Origin: Tubulanus polymorphus
Lineage: Eukaryota > Animalia > Nemertea
DNA: 64,000 nucleotides
Reading direction: 5' to 3'
NCBI RefSeq assembly: GCF_964204645.1
Contig: NC_134026.1
Location: forward strand, 30,724,150 to 30,788,149
Below, in pieces: positions 59,192 to 64,000 of this stretch. The translations under genes were made by a program, and so were the position numbers. Numbering within the stretch: the stretch's first letter is position 1; every line of letters starts with the position of its first letter. The notes beneath the pieces were generated by a model, which made no database searches, was not told the DNA's origin, and saw only the letters and a list, made by a program, of their open reading frames with translations.

Positions 59192-62100
59192 TCAATCTCG
59201 ATGTTGTAAAACCATCCGTCTGAACCTATCAGCAGACGTGGGACGTAATTTATTACCACTAGGTGGCAGCAGCGGTGGAGGTGTCGGAGCGTGATGCGTT
59301 GTAGGTGCAGGGTTTGGGTTTATAACTGGACGAGGATTTGAAACTGCCGGTAAATCTATTACTTGAACACGAATGTTATGATTGGCTTTAACTGGTGATA
59401 GCTGCTGCTGCTGCTGCGCTGTTGTTCGTCCACTCCTTGTATTCGGTTTAGTTGTTGAATTGATCGGTAATTTACGAACACTTTGTGGTTTACAATTTAT
59501 ATTTGAGCTGAAACAGAATGGAATATAAAAAGAATTTGATGAATGCGAAAGTAAAGTAAACTGCGCGTGCTTCGTGTGGTGACAAGATGTTTTTAATTCC
59601 ATAACCGTGAATCATGAGATGACGACCAACCATTGCTCCGACTGCTCCAGAATTCATTAGCTGCCACGCGAAGTACCCGGTTAATTGATTGGTGCCAGGA
59701 GTTCTACATTCTACTGTAGATCATTAAGTGAAAGAAGTCTATCAGTCTACTAACCTTTTATTCATAAATATATCATCTATTTGTCTTTGTTGAGGCGCAG
59801 GTTTTAATTCTAACATCTGTTTTTCCAGTTTGCTTCTTTCTTCTCGTAATTCTATAAAATGTAACGAAACCATTTGATAAATACTCATTTTTAAGATGAG
59901 TAAAATGCAGTATTAAAGAGTAAAATAAATGCGTACCTGGTAATGAGGGTTCTCGAGGAGTTGTCGTATCGTAGTTAGATTCTTCATCCAAACATTTCTG
60001 CAGAAATTCAATATCTTTCAATAATTGTTCCACTTCTTCTTCGAGATATTCCCTACAAAAATCAAACATTACAAATCATGAGTTTTTTGTTTAAGTTTGA
60101 CTGTTTTGTTCAGTCTAAGCTCATTATGGTTCTATAGCCAATCTAACAACTTAAGACCAGTTTAAGCTTATTTTGGCCCTATAGCAAATCTAACTGCTAG
60201 TACTTAGTTACCTAATTGTTGTTGCGGGCAAGCTTTTATATGGGCTTAACAACACTGTTGTTTGTGAAAATATCCGGTTATGAAACTAAAATACAGACAG
60301 GTTACTGACTACTATCTATCAAGACCATCTTAAAGATTTGAAACCACTTGTGAACATAAGAGTTCACTATGAAACTGGTCCTCGGTTTAACCCGAGTCGG
60401 AAATTTCGATCTCCAATTTTTCCTTTTGTTTACCATTGCCACCGAAACATACATGCATCATCAAAAATAAGCTAACGCCATCTGGTAGAGTGAAAGGCAA
60501 AAGTATACCTCAAATGTTTAGTGACGTGTTGTATTTTCAATACGTTCAATTGATCAGTCATTGCTTCAACTTCATCGCTTAAACCTGAAACACGCTTCGA
60601 CGATCTATCGGTGGACGGAGTAAGAGGTGTGTCTCGACCGTCCGGAAAACAGGTCAAACTACGACCAGTCGAAGGTCGCGAAAAACCACTGTCATTAGAT
60701 CCTAGAAAACAGTCAACAATTCAATGAATACAAGTGAAATCAGGACGGAGTTCGTTCATTCAAAATCAATCAATGTTTCCTCAATAGTCAAACTCAACTG
60801 TTAACTATGGAACTATGTCCTAAATCTAAGGCAGGGATCTCCACAACAGGTTTTAGAGGGGCAGCCGCCCCTTACATCAATCCCTTATAAATTATCTGCT
60901 GCCCCTAGTATCAGAGTGGATGTCAATATTCTATCAATGCTGATTATTGCTTTGAAATATATTGAGCTAGAAACGATCACACCAAAATTAAGCTTGCTTT
61001 CTTTATTTATTTGGGGGATTGAAAGCCTTGCTATTTCAGCAGTCATGATGTAACACACTTAACAGTGAATGCAGTCCCTTTATAACTCCAGCATATGGAG
61101 AACAATGTAAGGGGAAACCAATTCTCTCCTACAGAGCACTTACTTGGAGTCATACAGTAATCAATAACATCAGGCTTATTCTGAGATAAAAGAATCCCTA
61201 AATTCCTACAATATAATTTGAATAAATCATTTCTATTTATTCCTAAATGAAATTAATGGAATATTTTTTCTCCTAGGATAAAAACGAACCTATCATTCGA
61301 CGCTTTTTCTCGTATATTTTCGATGAAGAATTTAATTTCCTGACACAGTCGTTCTCTGATCACCGGCGGTTCCGGTAAACGTTGACTCGCGAAATCTCGC
61401 TGCATTTCATCTCGGAAATCTCGCCAGATTTCTAATAACGTTTCCACCTGACACAAATACAATCAAATTTGATCAATGAGGAATGATTAGATAATTTGAT
61501 TTCTCCCAAAAATGGAAAGGATTAATTTCTAATTAGTTTCTTGCAATAATAAACAATTAGTGATAATCATCATCATTTCTTATAGATTCGTCCATCTTTT
61601 GAGAAGCAATGAGGACCCGATGCTGCACCACAATCATCCCACTAGATGGCGTAAGTATAAATAGGACAAATCAATCAAAATTTCGTTCATTTTCAATTAG
61701 ATTTTTTTTCGCACACAAATATTAGGCACATCACATCTCATCTAATAAACTCAAAAAGGTTCATAATCATCATTTTTGAATTTCAAAAATTATGAAAAGA
61801 AATCTGACATGGATAAAATAAAATAAAATCTGAGAAGATATCCGGCACATTGTCCTAATGCACACTAGCGACACCTATTGGACCCTTGATTTCAACAAGT
61901 ACTCCTCGATTGCCACAGTCAAACATAGAGTCCCAATTTTCTTTATGTTGGAGCAATTCTTCAAGCACAAATACTGACAATTTTGAGATCTAAAACAAAA
62001 TTTGATTTTTCTTAATCCAATACCTCGGAATGTAATTCTAAACTCTGTTCCACTAATCCTTCACCGAGTATGTTTTTAATTTCATCTCTTTCGTGGGGCG

Positions 62101-62236
62101 ACACTTGATGTTCAATCAGTTTCCATAACGATACAGGAGGTATATAACAACCTCCTCCTCCCTCTCCTCCTGCTGCTGCTGCTGATGATGACATCTCATG
62201 AATATCTATACCTGAATCTGACTTCTTCAAACTCAT
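59192..62236 (-). CDS. CCDC24: Coiled-coil domain-containing protein 24
   Basis: SLWKLIEHQVSPHERDEIKNILGEGLVEQSLELHSE|VETLLEI, LPEPPVIRERLCQEIKFFIENIREKA, DQLNVLKIQHVTKHLR|EYLEEEVEQLLKDIEFLQKCLDEE match recalled CCDC24 (SLWELVEEHV..EVKRILGE..SLELRAEV; DQLNVSNIDQVARHLR). About 7 coding exons; stop at 59192; non-coding first exon probably near 62776-62890. Confidence 0.85.
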
Positions 62237-63506
62237 TATCAACCGGAATCTGAAAGAAAACTCCCTTTTTTTTTACACATTTTCAGTAGTCATTGTGACT
62301 ATAGGTGAAAAGTCTACCTGGATTGGATCACCAAAAAGATTTGATAATTGATTCGATATCATTTAATACGTTGAGTCTGATGCAGAAGAGGTGCTCAGTC
62401 GATAGATAAGGGAGTATCATTTAGGCTGAGGTGGTGCAGCAGGGCCATCAAGCAGTTCCAGCCACACAGCGGCATTTTAGAAAGGACCTCACCACGTTGT
62501 TTTGTTTGCTGGGCATAATCCCGCAGCACAATTTATCATTAGATAACTACAACAACAGCAACAAAATCCTCTGATCTTTTTCCTTTCGTGTGTCGTTCAA
62601 TTATGGGGGCTAAACTCGACTTGATTCTATATTTCATATAAACACCGGCACTGGCAGGTGAGGAAGCTGGAGTCTGTGGAGAGACGCTTGGTTAGTTACC
62701 AATTTTCTTCCCTCCTCTACAAACGTTACTCGTCGATAAATAACAGTTTAATGATATGAAATCGGTTAAACTTACAATAATCTGAACGAATAGAAACTTT
62801 GTTTTTACATCATCGACTCGTGAAGACACGAATTACAGCAATAATCAACAGCAAAAACACATAATCACGAAAACAAATACGCCATGTTGGATTTGACTAA
62901 AACGCGGAATTCGAATCCGAAGCCCTGTAGCTCAAGTGGTTTGTGTTAGTAATTAGTACGACCGAGGTGTGACATTGAGCGATTTTCACATTGAGCTTCA
63001 TTTATTCCACATTTTAAGGTATTTTAGAACGTTACTTCTTATTTCAAGCGATATTTCGTTTTTGTCTGGTGATCTGAGAATCAGTTGAAGTGAGTTTGAA
63101 ATCGTGATCAAGAATAAAAAACGAATTTGAAACCGAGTTACTAAAATTATCAATACAATGTCAATGAAATTTATTATTTTCAGATGTCCTCGTCCGTGAC
63201 TAAAATAGCGAAACCTCAACTGAGGCGTTTATTGACATCTTCATTAAAGAGAGAGTTATTCGTTGGGGGTTTGATTGGAGCCACAGTTGTAATTGCTTAC
63301 AAGGCTTTAGTGAATGACCCCAGAAAACAAAGATATGCTGAATTTTATCAGTGAGTTTAAATGATTGATAAACGCACAGGGCCCGGTCTTTAAATAATAA
63401 TATAATATAATAATAATATATTTATTTATCAATATATGTACAAGATTTTTGTAATGCTTTATGTGCACTTGTCCCAAAATCTCGCAAATAGTTTTAAATC
63501 TTAAGA

Positions 63507-63761
63507 CAGGGTCCGATCTAAGCACTTGTCCAATTGCCCGGGACAAGTATATTCTCATCAGGGCAAGTAGATTATCACTTGTCCCCCGGGCTATTTATTT
63601 CACAAAGCTTTTTTCCCACTCGATAAAATGAATCATAGTGCCACCAGTCATCGGACTGCCTGTGTAGGGCAAGTACAAAGTAGCTTTTGGAGGGGCAAGC
63701 AAAATTTCAGATATGCTTGCCCCCCCGGACAAATGGCTTTCATTCCTTAGATCGGACCCTG
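63507..63761. mobile_element. hAT-like MITE (255 bp)
   Basis: Perfect 16-bp TIR CAGGGTCCGATCTAAG / CTTAGATCGGACCCTG; internal GGGCAAG(T) repeats; second copy at 57915-58118. No clean 8-bp TSD (only TAAGA is repeated). Confidence 0.75.
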
Positions 63762-64000
63762 TAAGAATGGCCTTTAATTATTAGATTGACATATGAACTA
63801 CTAATGTCTATTTCAACCTGACTTGAGAGCATTCCTGGTGGCCTAGCTCAGTCAGTTTCGGTGGTACATACCTGATAAAAGTCTTATTAGGGCCAGAATG
63901 CATTGGCAGTCGACCTAAATTATCACTTTTTAATCCATTTGAAACTGTATTGAAGGATATCCAAAAAATCTGCATTGAGAGGGGTTCCTGAGAGAAAAGA

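Noticed and set aside
62925-62960. tRNA-like GCCCTGTAGCTCAAGTGGT upstream of CCDC24
   Set aside because: An A-box-like start only, with no B-box or cloverleaf downstream.

Overview
This is eukaryotic (metazoan, probably invertebrate) nuclear DNA: AT-rich, gene-dense, with many short GT-AG introns, so the ORF track shows only exon fragments. Ten spliced protein genes can be reconstructed by eye: RIOK1 (-, runs off the left edge), EIF3I (+), a C8orf74 homolog (-), a DOCK6/7/8-class GEF (+, about 18.6 kb), KDM2 (-), NSMCE4/NSE4 (+), an FABP (+), an uncharacterised, probably lipid-anchored protein (-), a NUDT3/4-type DIPP hydrolase (+) and CCDC24 (-). Three pairs are head-to-head. Introns carry many MITEs (piggyBac/TTAA, 9-bp-TSD Mutator-like, Harbinger-like, Tc1-like) and minisatellites. 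Most notable: two Penelope-like insertions carrying identical minimal hammerhead ribozymes (one duplicates a splice donor), a U12-type minor intron in EIF3I, candidate microexons and a cassette exon in DOCK and KDM2, a decayed protein-primed-polB-like (Maverick/Polinton) fossil interrupted by a compact structured-RNA candidate with kissing loops, and an array of Pol III B-boxes. All homology calls come from recalled protein motifs, not database searches. Exon coordinates were read manually and may be off by a few nt.
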